A DNA stretch of 64,000 nucleotides from a bacterium (lineage in GTDB: Bacteria > Cyanobacteriota > Sericytochromatia > S15B-MN24 > VGJW01): positions 529 through 64,528 of the forward strand of contig JAJXWQ010000007.1 of NCBI GenBank assembly GCA_021781555.1, read 5' to 3'. Made by a program: the position numbers and the translations under genes. This document shows, in pieces, positions 49,387 to 61,535 of the stretch. The notes below the pieces were generated by a model. The model was not told where the DNA came from. It made no database searches and saw only the letters and a program-made list of their open reading frames with translations. Numbering within the stretch: the first letter of the stretch is position 1; the number at the start of each line of letters is the position of its first letter.

Positions 49387-50499
49387 CTAGCGAAGCGCTT
49401 CCTGGCGATGTTCTGCCAGGGTGCGCCGCGCGAGGGCGTCAGCCTCCAGGATGGCGCGACCCAGGGTATGGGCATCGACGGCCACGGGAAGGCGGTGAAG
49501 GGTGGAATCAGGGGCCATCGCGACCGCGACGGCGCGATCCAGGGCGGCCCGGGTGTCGGGCAGGCCCAGGGACTCCAGCGTGAGCGGGAGTCGGAGGTCC
49601 GCCAGGAAGGCGATGAACTCCTCGATCTCGGAAAGGTCGCGGTCCTGCAGGACGAACTGAACCAGCAGGCCGAACGCGACCTTCTCGCCGTGGAGGCTGC
49701 AAGAGGCACCCGGAAGATGGGTCAGACCGTTGGCCACGGCGTGGGCTGCCACGCTGCGGCACATCGAACCGCCCAGGCCGCTGACGGCGCCGGTGAGGAT
49801 CACATTCAGATCGGCGACGCGGACCCCTGCGGCGCGGTCTCCCGACAGCGCGGCCTTGGCGTGCCGGACCAGCTGCTTGTGGAGGTGATGGCTGAGCTCG
49901 ACCGCCCCGGTCGACGTGGCGTCGGCGGATCCGAGGTCCACCGCCGAATCCGATTCATACCATTTGGCCATGGCATCGGCGACACCGGCCGCCAGCAGCC
50001 GCACGGGCGCGTCGAGAACCAGGCCGTGATCCAGGAAAACCGCCCGGGGACCCTGCTCCAGCGGAACTCCATAGAGCCACCCGCCCTCGTCGCTGTAGAC
50101 GTTGGAGAGCGCGGTCCACGCCGCGCAGGTGGCGGCACTGGTCGGAACCATGTAAGCCGGGACCTCGAGACGATGGGCCGCGAGCTTGGCCGCGTCGAGG
50201 GCCTTGCCGCCCCCTACGCCCACGATGGCATCGACCCCGCGGGCTTCGAAGCACAGGCTCTCCAGCGTGCTCTCGGATACCTGCTTCCCGTAGAAGAGCA
50301 CCTCAGTCGCGACCCCGGCGGTCGACAAGGTCGACTCCACGGCCGTCGCAGCCGCTCTCCAGGCCGTCGCTCCGGTTACGATCGCCACGCGCGAAGCCGT
50401 TCGACTGACAGCGGGCCCGAGATCCGCCAGCACGCCGTTTCCGCCGTAAACGCGCGCGGGGCCGACGGTCAGCAGCCGCGGATCAGGATCCTGTCGCAT
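49387..50499 (-). CDS. Glycerol dehydrogenase-like iron/zinc alcohol dehydrogenase
   Basis: GVGGGKALD.AK, VPTSAATCAAWT, DAMAKWYE, AAHAV.NGLT, HGEKVAFG. Confidence 0.88.
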   Translation of the reverse strand: MRQDPDPRLLTVGPARVYGGNGVLADLGPAVSRTASRVAIVTGATAWRAAATAVESTLSTAGVATEVLFYGKQVSESTLESLCFEARGVDAIVGVGGGKALDAAKLAAHRLEVPAYMVPTSAATCAAWTALSNVYSDEGGWLYGVPLEQGPRAVFLDHGLVLDAPVRLLAAGVADAMAKWYESDSAVDLGSADATSTGAVELSHHLHKQLVRHAKAALSGDRAAGVRVADLNVILTGAVSGLGGSMCRSVAAHAVANGLTHLPGASCSLHGEKVAFGLLVQFVLQDRDLSEIEEFIAFLADLRLPLTLESLGLPDTRAALDRAVAVAMAPDSTLHRLPVAVDAHTLGRAILEADALARRTLAEHRQEALR

Positions 50500-50707
50500 G
50501 CAATGCCCCCGGACGTCGTCGCAGTCCAAACGCTGTCATTGTAACACTTGCCCGGCGCCCGACGCGCGTTCTGGAGGGCGCCGCGGCGGGCCCCTTCCGC
50601 GACGCGACACGCCCCGCACGGCGGGGATGCGCCGAAAGTTCCCGGAGCGACGAGGCCGTAAATCCGACACCGCCAGCGGCTGGCAGCAGGCGCAGGTAGT
50701 CCTTTCC

Positions 50708-52869
<2,162 letters not shown>

Positions 52870-52873
<4 letters not shown>

Positions 52874-53856
52874 AAAACGGGCCGACGGATCGTCTCGGCC
52901 AGCTCGCCGTCCCCGGCCCGGGCGACGTCGTCGCGAGACAGGCGCCGAGCCGCGGTCTCGATGGCCGCCGGGCTCCGGTCGATCCCGATCCAGCGGCGGC
53001 CCAGGCGCTCGGCTGCCAGCAACGTCGTGCCGGATCCGCAAAAGGGATCGATGACCAGGTCGCCCGGGTGGGTCGTCATCGTGACGATCCGCTCGAGGAG
53101 AGCCAGCGGCTTCTGGGTGGGGTAACCGGTGGCTTCCGCGTAGCGAGGGCTGTTCCGGATCTCGGGGATGTCCGCCCAGACCGAGCGCAGCAGCGATCCC
53201 TGCATCACGAAGGCGATCTCGTCGTCCTGCGGGGGCCGCTGATGCTGCCGGATGAAGCGCCGCTGCAGCCGCGCGTGGGTCTGGCCCTCGCGCCGGATGC
53301 GGCCGAAGGGCACGCGGCCCTCGGCGTCGGCGTAGTGGCCCCACCTGCGGATCATGGGGTCCGAGACCTTGGCGCCACGAGGCGGGTTGAAGACATGATC
53401 CGGGCCATTCGCGTACCAGAGCAGGACATCGTGCTTGCGGGGCAGATGGCGCCGGACGCTCGTGAGGGCACCGCCTTGATAGAACCAGACGATCTCGTTG
53501 AGAAAGCGTCCGAAGACCTCGTCCATGACCAGCTTGACCGCGTGGGATGCGTGGTGATCGAGGTGGACGATGACGGTGCCATCGGCAGCGAGCACGCGTC
53601 GCACCAGGACCAGGCGCTCGTAGAGCATCTGGATATAGGCATCCGGCGCCAGATCGTCACGATAGGCGTCCACCCCGCCCATCTTGAAGGCGTCCCCCGT
53701 CATGAAGGGCGGATCGAGATAGACGAGGCGAGCCTTGCGCCCGGTCAGGCCTGCCAGGGCTGCGAGGTTGTCCCCGTGAACCAGCAGCGGTTCGCCCGCC
53801 GGAAGGGCCAGCGGCTCGACTGCCGGCTCGCGCCTACCTTCCCACGCGAGGCGCAT
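52870..53856 (-). CDS. Orphan site-specific DNA methyltransferase (N6A/N4C, beta class)
   Basis: HGDNL, YLDPPF, YPTQKP..LLERI, DPFCGSGTT. Confidence 0.9.
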
Positions 53857-53968
53857 GCCCGACCTCTTGGCTCCTGCCGGAAGATTCGATCCGCATGCCA
53901 GCATCGTAATCAGGAGAAGGATCCGGTCAAGCGGGCTCCCGGGTAGGGCAGGCGCAACGCGCACCAGG

Positions 53969-54514
53969 CTAGGACGGCTCGGGCGGATGCTCCCGGCTCC
54001 CGGCGTCGTCCGGTTGCGACCCGCCCCCGGGGCGATCCGGCGCCGGGCTGCCGCTGGCGAATTCCGGGTGCCCGGCCCAGCTAAGGGGCGGGACCTCGAA
54101 GATGGGGCCGCTCCTCGCGATGGCGCTGACGATGCTGCTGACCAGGAGCAGGCCGCCGGCAGCGATGGTCAGACTCTGGTAGAGGCCTGCCGAGAACAGC
54201 ACCCCCACGATGACGGTCGCGGCACCCATGGCGCCGGTCAGCCAGGAGAAAATGGCGGGCTGGTGGTTCCACGCGCGCGCGGCGCACAGCAACTGGGCGA
54301 CGAATCCCACCGCGACGTCGACGATGAGGACGGGCCAGTACGGAAAGCTGACGCCGAGGCCCGGGGTGCCGAAGAGGGTCCAGCATGGCATCCAGAGCCC
54401 CATGAGGAAGAGCCACGTTGCCGCCAAGACCCCGACCTCGGCTGCCCGCAACGCCCAGAGCCTCCGGCGGTCCAGCCGCGCCCTGCCGCCGGTTTGCGAA
54501 TCCACCTGCGCCAT
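53969..54514 (-). CDS. Hypothetical membrane protein
   Basis: About four hydrophobic segments. Confidence 0.6.
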   Translation of the reverse strand: MAQVDSQTGGRARLDRRRLWALRAAEVGVLAATWLFLMGLWMPCWTLFGTPGLGVSFPYWPVLIVDVAVGFVAQLLCAARAWNHQPAIFSWLTGAMGAATVIVGVLFSAGLYQSLTIAAGGLLLVSSIVSAIARSGPIFEVPPLSWAGHPEFASGSPAPDRPGGGSQPDDAGSREHPPEPS

Positions 54515-54552
54515 CGTTCCCGCCCCTTCGAAAAAGGCCTGCCGGGCCGCCC

Positions 54553-54978
54553 TCAACGCTCGATCGGATCGAAGAATCTTTCGTGCTCGATGCGTCCCGG
54601 TGCGCCGAGCGCCGTCCACGTGCCGACGAAGACCAGCGCCAGCCCGACCCCGATCTCGGCCCAGCAGATACCGAGCGGGACTTGCGTGAACACGCTGGGA
54701 TCAACCCCGAAGGCACGGGGCGCAAACCAGGAGTAAACCCCCAGCCCGAGCACCACCAGGCTCGCCCAGTTCGCCAGTCCGATCCACAGTCGACCTGCCA
54801 TCAACACGACCGTCAGGGCGCCGACGCCGAGGGTCGACCAGGCCAGACCCGTGGCTGGCCCGATCAAGAAGACGCCCAGGGCGATCGCGCCCAACCCGGC
54901 CAGGATGCCGAACCCAGCTGCGAAGTTGCTCCGGTAGGTCCCCGGTTCCTCGACGATGTCCTGGTGCTGGAAAGTCAC
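54553..54978 (-). CDS. Hypothetical membrane protein (SPW-repeat-like)
   Basis: GGGAGG RBS before GTG; four TM segments. Confidence 0.6.
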   Translation of the reverse strand: MTFQHQDIVEEPGTYRSNFAAGFGILAGLGAIALGVFLIGPATGLAWSTLGVGALTVVLMAGRLWIGLANWASLVVLGLGVYSWFAPRAFGVDPSVFTQVPLGICWAEIGVGLALVFVGTWTALGAPGRIEHERFFDPIER

Positions 54979-55303
54979 GAGCGTCCTCCCTGCCGAACCC
55001 CGCGCAGGTCCGCTTGGCCGGATCGCCGCTACCGGTAGCGGCCCCAGCTCGAGCCGTCGTCCTCTTTGGAGTCTCCCTCGATTCAAAGCCTGGCCCCGAG
55101 TTCGCCCGATTTGAAGGGAGGATCGGCCCCCATGTTTCGAATTGTAACACACCAAGCTGACCCGGAGACGATGGTGGATCCGGCGGTAGCGCGCCGGTCG
55201 TCGGCCCGCGGACGATTCATCGACGCCTCGATCGCCGGACGAGTCCCGGGCGACGGGCAAGGCTGCCACACGAAACCGCCCAGAACCGGTAAAATCACCG
55301 AAA

Positions 55304-55930
55304 GTGAGCTCCAAGCCCAGTCCCAAGCACCGACCGACGCGCCGCCGTAGTTCATTGCCCGGCGCGCTTTATTGGCTGGTGTTCATCGCGTGTGCGGGGG
55401 CCTCTTTCGGGCTGGGCTTCTGGTTCACCTATCGCTACACCAGCGACGTCGATGTCCGCGGCCCCCAGGAGGCCGCCGCGCCTCCGCTGGTGCCCCTGGC
55501 GACGCCAGTGCCCCTGGTGACGCCGCAACCGGTCGCGACGCCGCAGGATCTCTTCGCGGTCGGCCCCGACAGCACCCCTACCCCCTTCCCGGCGTCGACG
55601 CCCGAGCCGCTGCCGCCCACCCCGGTACCGGTCGCAGCTCAGCAGCTTCCGGTCCAGACCCCATATCCCGAGGCGACCGAGCAGGTCGACGAGCCCACCC
55701 CCGAGCCGACCGTCGAGGACGTCTACCGCGTGCAAGTGGGCTCCTACGACAACCGGGAGGATGCCGAGTCGATGGTGCAGGAGCTCCTCAACAACGGTAT
55801 CGAAGCTGTCGTGGTCTACGATCAGAGCCAGTACCATGCTCAGATCGGTGCGTACAACAGCAGGGAACGGGCCCTGGCCGTTGCCGACGAGGTCAATGCC
55901 AAGGGTTACGAGGTCACGATACGCCACTAG
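55304..55930 (+). CDS. SPOR domain protein
   Basis: N-terminal TM, Pro/Thr linker, YRVQVGSY...A, QIGAY.SRE.A. Confidence 0.88.
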   Translation: MSSKPSPKHRPTRRRSSLPGALYWLVFIACAGASFGLGFWFTYRYTSDVDVRGPQEAAAPPLVPLATPVPLVTPQPVATPQDLFAVGPDSTPTPFPASTPEPLPPTPVPVAAQQLPVQTPYPEATEQVDEPTPEPTVEDVYRVQVGSYDNREDAESMVQELLNNGIEAVVVYDQSQYHAQIGAYNSRERALAVADEVNAKGYEVTIRH

Positions 55931-56138
55931 AGTGCTGCCGGTTTGAATGGATCGAGCCCGATGAGTCAAACGGGGCCCGGTTGCGCAGCGAAGCGACCGC
56001 GCAGAGGGACCCGTTCAAACTGCAAAAGGTCTAGAGTGCTGCCGGTTTGACTGGATCGAGCCCGATGAGTCAAACGGGGCCCGGTTGCGCAGCGAAGCGA
56101 CCGCGCAGAGGGACCCGTTCAAACTGCAAAAGGTCTAG
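55927..56138 (+). repeat. Tandem pair of CTAG-bounded MITE-like repeats (104-bp period)
   Basis: CTAG at 55927, 56031, 56135; units nearly identical; first TAG is the SPOR gene stop. Confidence 0.92.
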
Positions 56139-56249
56139 AGCGGTTCCGCACCGCAAGAGTTCCAGGCGCCCTGGCGCTCCGGTCCTGGCAGCGCGTTTCG
56201 CGCTAGAATTAGAGATCCAACAACCCTACCCCGACAGGAGGACGACGCG

Positions 56250-57605
56250 ATGGCCCAGGCCGTGCAGACCGACGTGATGGACAAGGTGGTCTCGCTGTGC
56301 AAGCGCCGCGGGATCATCGTGCAGTCGAGCGAGATCTACGGCGGCCTGGCTTCGTGCTGGGACTACGGGCCGTACGGGGTGCTGCTGAAGAACAACGTCA
56401 AGCAGGCCTGGTGGCGATCGGTGGTCACAGAACGCGACGACATGGTCGGCCTCGACGCCGCGATCTTGATGCGCCCCGAGGTCTGGGTGGCCTCGGGACA
56501 CGTGGAGACCTTTCACGATCCCCTGGTCGATTGCAAGAGCTGCAAGAAGCGTTTTCGCGCCGACCACGTGGCCGGACCCAGGTGTCCCGAATGCGGTGGC
56601 GAGCTGACGGACGCCCGCAACTTCAACTTGATGTTCAAGACCTTCATGGGCCCCGTCGAGGAGTCGTCCGCGGCCATCTACCTGCGACCCGAGACGGCCC
56701 AGGGCATGTTCGTCAACTTCAAGAACGTGATGACGGCGACCCGACGCCGGCCACCCTTCGGGATCGCGCAGATCGGCAAGGCGTTCCGCAACGAGATCAC
56801 GCCCGGGAACTTCACCTTCCGCACCCGCGAGTTCGAGCAGATGGAGATCGAGTACTTTTGCCCGCCCGATGAGGCCGACGCCCTCTGGGAACGCTGGGTC
56901 GCCGATCGCTTCGACTGGTACATCAAGCTCGGCATCCATCCGGACAACCTCAAGAAGCGGCCGCAGAGCAAGGATGAGCTCGCTCACTATGCCCGGGCCA
57001 CGACCGACATCGAGTACCGCTTCCCGTTCGGCTGGGCCGAGCTCGAGGGGATCGCCAACCGCGTGGACTTCGACCTCAAGCAGCATAGCCAGCACAGCGG
57101 CCAGGATCTCTCCTTCTTCGACGAGGAGACCAAGGTCCACTATTTGCCGTACGTCGTCGAGCCATCCGCCGGGGCGGATCGCGCCACCCTGGCCTTCCTG
57201 GTCGACGCCTTCGAGGAGGAGGTCGACGACAAGGGCGAGGCCCGCACGGTGCTGCACCTGCATCCCAGCCTGGCGCCGATCAAGGTCGCCGTCTTGCCGC
57301 TCTCCAAGAAACCCGAGCTCGTCGGCCCGGCCCGCAAGATCTTCGACGCCCTGCGCGCGCGCTGGTCTGCCGAGATGGACGTGACGGGATCCATTGGCAA
57401 GCGTTACCGGCGGCAGGACGAGATCGGCACCCCGTTCTGCCTGACCCTGGACTTCGCCAGCCTGGAGGATCGCTCCGTGACGATCCGAGATCGCGACCGG
57501 ATGACCCAGGATCGCGTGAAGATCGAGGCTGTGATCGACTACCTGGCCGAACGCATCGAACCCCGGCGCCCGCAGCTCGAGAGTCACGACGTTTTCGGGG
57601 GATAG
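56250..57605 (+). CDS. glyQS: Glycine--tRNA ligase, homodimeric alpha2 type
   Basis: WDYGPYG, YLRPETAQG, FRNEITP, FRTREFEQME, SIGKRYRRQDEIGTP. Confidence 0.96.
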   Translation: MAQAVQTDVMDKVVSLCKRRGIIVQSSEIYGGLASCWDYGPYGVLLKNNVKQAWWRSVVTERDDMVGLDAAILMRPEVWVASGHVETFHDPLVDCKSCKKRFRADHVAGPRCPECGGELTDARNFNLMFKTFMGPVEESSAAIYLRPETAQGMFVNFKNVMTATRRRPPFGIAQIGKAFRNEITPGNFTFRTREFEQMEIEYFCPPDEADALWERWVADRFDWYIKLGIHPDNLKKRPQSKDELAHYARATTDIEYRFPFGWAELEGIANRVDFDLKQHSQHSGQDLSFFDEETKVHYLPYVVEPSAGADRATLAFLVDAFEEEVDDKGEARTVLHLHPSLAPIKVAVLPLSKKPELVGPARKIFDALRARWSAEMDVTGSIGKRYRRQDEIGTPFCLTLDFASLEDRSVTIRDRDRMTQDRVKIEAVIDYLAERIEPRRPQLESHDVFGG

Positions 57606-57744
57606 AAGGCGGTCAGCCCCTCCCCCTGGCGTCGAGGGAGCCGTTCAAACCCAAGACGATACCGGGTTCGGCTCTGGCGACTCCGGTCCTCACGGTGGCC
57701 TGGCAGTTCGTTGGAGCACCCGGGCGGGTATAGCGTTCTCGACC

Positions 57745-58635
57745 ATGCGTCGTTTTGCCTCTTTGCTCTTCGTTACTTTCTGGGCGCTCCTGTTCGCGCT
57801 CGGGCAAAACGCGCTCGCCTATCGTCCGCCCATCTTGCGGATCGGCTTCATCCCATCCGAGAACTCCCAGGAGATCACGCGCCAGGTGAGGCCGCTGATC
57901 GCATACCTCCACCACGCGCTCGGCATCAGCGTGACGGCGTTCGTTCCTACCGACTATCCAGGCGTCATCGAGGCCATGCGAAGCCACATGGTCGATGCCG
58001 CCTTCCTCTCGCCCGGGGCGTTCGTCGTGACCGAGAACGAGTGCAAGAGGCTCAAGCGGCCGTTCTTCATCAAGCCCCTCCTCAAGGTCGTCCGCTACGG
58101 TCGCGACACCTACTACTCGGCGATCATCGTCAGGGCGGACTCCGGCATCCACACGCTCGCTCAGCTGCGAGGCAAGCGGTTCGCATTCGGCGATCCCGAG
58201 AGCATGGCCGGATCCCTGTTCGCCAAGGTCATGCTCAGGAAGGCCGGGATCGATCCCAAGCGGGACCTCAAGCTTTTGCCACCTGGCGGCCACGATGCGA
58301 CGGTCATGGCCGTGTTCAACCACCAAGCCGATGCCGGCGCGGTTTTTTCCGACGATCCCAAGGGCAAGGTGGGCGCCTGGACGCTCTTCCTCAAGACGCC
58401 CGCTGAAAGACGCCAGATCGTCCCCATCGCCTTCTCCCGCCCCATCCCCGACGACATGTTCTGCGTCCGCAACGACCTCGACCCCAGGATGAGCCAGGCC
58501 CTCGAGCACAGTCTCGAGCGCCTGTCCGCGACGGCCTGGGGTCGCAATCTCCTTCACCGGGTCTACGACATCGACGGGTTCACGCTCGCCCATTCGTCCG
58601 ACTACGATTCGGTGAGGGAGGCGCTGCGCCACTAG
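57745..58635 (+). CDS. phnD: Phosphate/phosphite/phosphonate ABC substrate-binding protein
   Basis: IGFIPSE, TDY..VIEAM, YYSAIIV, FAFGDPES..G, GGHD. Confidence 0.88.
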   Translation: MRRFASLLFVTFWALLFALGQNALAYRPPILRIGFIPSENSQEITRQVRPLIAYLHHALGISVTAFVPTDYPGVIEAMRSHMVDAAFLSPGAFVVTENECKRLKRPFFIKPLLKVVRYGRDTYYSAIIVRADSGIHTLAQLRGKRFAFGDPESMAGSLFAKVMLRKAGIDPKRDLKLLPPGGHDATVMAVFNHQADAGAVFSDDPKGKVGAWTLFLKTPAERRQIVPIAFSRPIPDDMFCVRNDLDPRMSQALEHSLERLSATAWGRNLLHRVYDIDGFTLAHSSDYDSVREALRH

Positions 58636-58648
58636 AAACGAGAGTCCC

Positions 58649-59458
58649 TTGTCCGAACCCGTCCTCTCGGTCCGGCACCTTTCCAAGCGGTACGGCGACG
58701 GGGCGCCGGTGCTCCGCGACGTATCCCTGGATTTCGAGGCCGGGGAGTTCACGGCGATCCTCGGACTGTCCGGGGCGGGCAAGTCGACCTTCCTGCGCTG
58801 CCTCAACCGCCTGGTGGAGCCGAGCGGTGGCGAGATCCTGGTGCCGTCCGCCATTCTCGACCGCGAGGGTGGACAGATCGACGTCGGCAAGTTCGGAGCG
58901 CGGGATCTCCGGCGCTGGCGCCGAAAGGTCGGGATGATCTTCCAGCAATTCAATCTGGTCAAGCGCCTGACCGTCCTCGAGAATGTCCTGTCCGGTAGCC
59001 TCGGTTACACCCCTGGGCTGCCGAGCACGCTCAGGTTTTTTTCCTCTGCGGACAAGCGGCGAGCGCTCCTGGCACTCGATCGGGTGGGATTGCTGCCCTT
59101 CGCTTACCAGCGCGCCGACTCCGTCTCGGGAGGTCAGCAGCAGCGCGTCGCCATCGCCCGTGCCCTGATGCAGCGGCCGGCGGTCATCCTGGCCGACGAG
59201 CCCGTCGCCTCGCTCGATCCCAAGCTTTCCCTGGCCATTCTCGACCTCCTGCGGAAGGTCGGCCAGGAAGACGGCATCACGGTGCTGGTCAGCCTGCACG
59301 TCCTCGACCTCGCCAAGCGCTTCTCCGGGCGCTGCATCGGATTTGCCGGCGGCGAGGTGGTGTTCGACGATGCCCCCGAACGGCTCGACGAAACCGCCAT
59401 CCGGCGCGTCTATCAAGCCCGGACCGAGGAACTCAAGGCCTACCCGATTCCGACCTGA
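58649..59458 (+). CDS. phnC: Phosphonate ABC ATP-binding protein
   Basis: GLSGAGKST, FQQFNLV.RL.VLENV, SGGQQQRVAIAR, ADEPVASLDP. Confidence 0.92.
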   Translation: MSEPVLSVRHLSKRYGDGAPVLRDVSLDFEAGEFTAILGLSGAGKSTFLRCLNRLVEPSGGEILVPSAILDREGGQIDVGKFGARDLRRWRRKVGMIFQQFNLVKRLTVLENVLSGSLGYTPGLPSTLRFFSSADKRRALLALDRVGLLPFAYQRADSVSGGQQQRVAIARALMQRPAVILADEPVASLDPKLSLAILDLLRKVGQEDGITVLVSLHVLDLAKRFSGRCIGFAGGEVVFDDAPERLDETAIRRVYQARTEELKAYPIPT

Positions 59459-59513
59459 GGCCGTCTGGCCGAGCCCGCCGGACGCAACCTCTACCGCTAG
59501 CAAGGATCGCTTG

Positions 59514-60437
59514 ATGAGCACTCTGGACAGGACCGCGGAGCTCGTGCTTCCGCCTCCACCTCGACGCGCTGCCAAGGTCTGGGCATTGGTCGCCTTGCTG
59601 GGCTTGATCCTGGCCTGGGCGTTCGTCGGAACGGGGTTCGATCCGGTCGCCCTGGTGCAGGGCGTACCCAAGATGATCGACATGGCGAGCCGGAGCTGGC
59701 CGGCCTCGTATAGCCTGGTGGTCGATCCCTCGGCCTACGAGTTCCCGCACCGGCTGACGCTCGAGCAGCTCTTGCTGCCAGTGCCGCTGCATGGCGACCT
59801 GGCCTACGTCAAGACCGCCTGGTGGCAGAACACCTGGCCAAATACCTTGCTTGGCGGCACCCTCCAGACCATCCAGATGGCCGTCGCCGGCACCGTGCTC
59901 GCGGCGATCATCGCGTTCCCCATCAGCTTCCTGGCCGCCCGCAACACCTCGCCGGATCGCTCGGTCTACATGGCCGTGAAGTCGGTCAACAACTTCCTGC
60001 GCAGCATCCCGGACTTCGCCATCGGGCTGGTGCTGATCTCGGCGATCGGCCTGGGTGCGTTCACCGGGGTGATGGCATTGACCTTCGGAACGGCCACGGT
60101 GCTCATCAAGCTCTTCGCGGAGGCGATCGAGGGTGTCGATCCGGGAGTGGTCGAGGCGGTCCAGGCCACCGGGGCCAACCGGTTGCAGGTCTACTCCTTT
60201 GCCGTGGTCCCCCAGATCATGCCGAGCTTCCTCAGCTTCGTCATCTACCGGTTCGAGTCCAACATCCGCGCCGCCACCGTCCTGGGCTTGATCGGCGCGG
60301 GCGGGATCGGTGAACTGATGACCAGTTACTTCCGGATGTTCCAGTATCAGGAGGCGGCGATGACGGTGCTCGTCCTCATCGTCCTCGTGATGATCGTCGA
60401 CTTTACCAGCGCCCGGCTGCGCAAGCTCGTGATCTAG
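59514..60437 (+). CDS. phnE: Phosphonate ABC permease
   Basis: LAARN, EAVQATGA, YRFESNIRAATVLG.IGAGGIG. Confidence 0.92.
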   Translation: MSTLDRTAELVLPPPPRRAAKVWALVALLGLILAWAFVGTGFDPVALVQGVPKMIDMASRSWPASYSLVVDPSAYEFPHRLTLEQLLLPVPLHGDLAYVKTAWWQNTWPNTLLGGTLQTIQMAVAGTVLAAIIAFPISFLAARNTSPDRSVYMAVKSVNNFLRSIPDFAIGLVLISAIGLGAFTGVMALTFGTATVLIKLFAEAIEGVDPGVVEAVQATGANRLQVYSFAVVPQIMPSFLSFVIYRFESNIRAATVLGLIGAGGIGELMTSYFRMFQYQEAAMTVLVLIVLVMIVDFTSARLRKLVI

Positions 60438-60440
60438 GCG

Positions 60441-61214
60441 ATGGATCCGGACTCGCGGCCCTCGCTGCCTCGGCTGGTGGCCTTCCTGCTCCTTCTCCTC
60501 ATCTTGCCCACGGCGGTGGGCGGCTGGTGGCTGCATGAGGTCGGGAGCCGGTCCCGCCTGCTCATCCAGGCCTTCTTCTTTCCGGTGGAGATCCTGGGCG
60601 TTCTGTTGCCCGCGTTCCTGTTGACGAGCGGGACCGAACGCCTGGCGGTGCTGCGCTGGCGGCCGGCGCGGTGGACCTGGATCGGTCTGGCGATGCTCGG
60701 CTCGCTGGGCCTGGGCGGGCTCCTGACCTACGCCCAGACCCTCTGGCAAGATGCATCACACCTGGCGCCTCCAGCCGGGCTGGACCGGCTCCTCGGCATC
60801 CATTCGTGGGTAAGTGGCGTCGTGCTCGTCCTGGGTGCGGCCCTCGTGCCGGCCATCTGCGAGGAGACGGCCTTTCGGGGGGTGGTGCTGTCAGGGCTCG
60901 AACGCTGGGGCGGACGGGTCGCCGTCATCGTCACGACGGTCCTGTTTGCGGGATACCACCTCGCGCCCTACGGCCTCCCTACTTACCTGGTGCTGGGTGG
61001 ATTCCTGGCCTGGCTGGCGTGGCGAAGTGGCAGCATCTTGCCAGGTGTGGCGGCCCATGCGACGAATAACCTCCTGGCCCTGGCGCAGGTCAACGGAATC
61101 GGCGAGGACTGGTGGTGGGCGCACGTCCGGGCGATCGCGCCGGCATCCGCCGTGCTGGCGATCGTGGCGATCGCCTGGCTACACCGGGAGCTACCCCGAA
61201 CCGAATCGCGTTGA
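60441..61214 (+). CDS. CPBP/Abi intramembrane metalloprotease
   Basis: CEETAFRG, FAGYH, HATNN. Confidence 0.88.
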   Translation: MDPDSRPSLPRLVAFLLLLLILPTAVGGWWLHEVGSRSRLLIQAFFFPVEILGVLLPAFLLTSGTERLAVLRWRPARWTWIGLAMLGSLGLGGLLTYAQTLWQDASHLAPPAGLDRLLGIHSWVSGVVLVLGAALVPAICEETAFRGVVLSGLERWGGRVAVIVTTVLFAGYHLAPYGLPTYLVLGGFLAWLAWRSGSILPGVAAHATNNLLALAQVNGIGEDWWWAHVRAIAPASAVLAIVAIAWLHRELPRTESR

Positions 61215-61267
61215 TCCTCGGCCAGCGCGGCTTTTTCCTCGGCTCGTCAATGGCGAGATCTGCCGCC

Positions 61268-61393
61268 AACATCAAGAGCTGCCAACAGACCTTTCGGTCC
61301 ATCGGCAGCTCTCCCCTTCCATTCCGGATCGGAATGGGGTTGCCCGGGATTACCCGGGAGAGTCTTTACCTCCCGTCAGAGAGGAAAGGCTCT
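61268..61393 (-). ncRNA. Candidate ~125-nt structured sRNA
   Basis: Four abutting hairpins; last has a 17-bp stem with three G-U pairs and GAAA loop on minus strand; promoter directly upstream. Confidence 0.55.
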
Positions 61394-61400
61394 GGGCGCC

Positions 61401-61428
61401 ACACTAACTCCCCGCGATCAAGCTGCAA
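61401..61428 (-). promoter_or_regulatory. sigma70-like promoter for candidate sRNA
   Basis: TTGCAG-N16-TAGTGT-N7-A; predicted +1 at 61393 is the first base of hairpin 1. Confidence 0.5.
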
Positions 61429-61535
61429 CGGCCGACGGCACGCTGGAGCGACCGCGTTCGCCTGCCTTTGGCGGGTGCGACGAACCGAGGCGGGGATCTC
61501 GGCTACAATAGGGGATCGTTCAAGGAGGTTCGTCC

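Noticed and set aside
55927..56138. Tandem repeats as a CRISPR array (also 29918-30129)
   Set aside because: Units are about 104 bp, contiguous, without unique spacers; no cas genes.
61214..61535. T-box leader for thrS
   Set aside because: No T-box antiterminator consensus; a -10 box lies about 30 nt from the start; structure points to the opposite strand.
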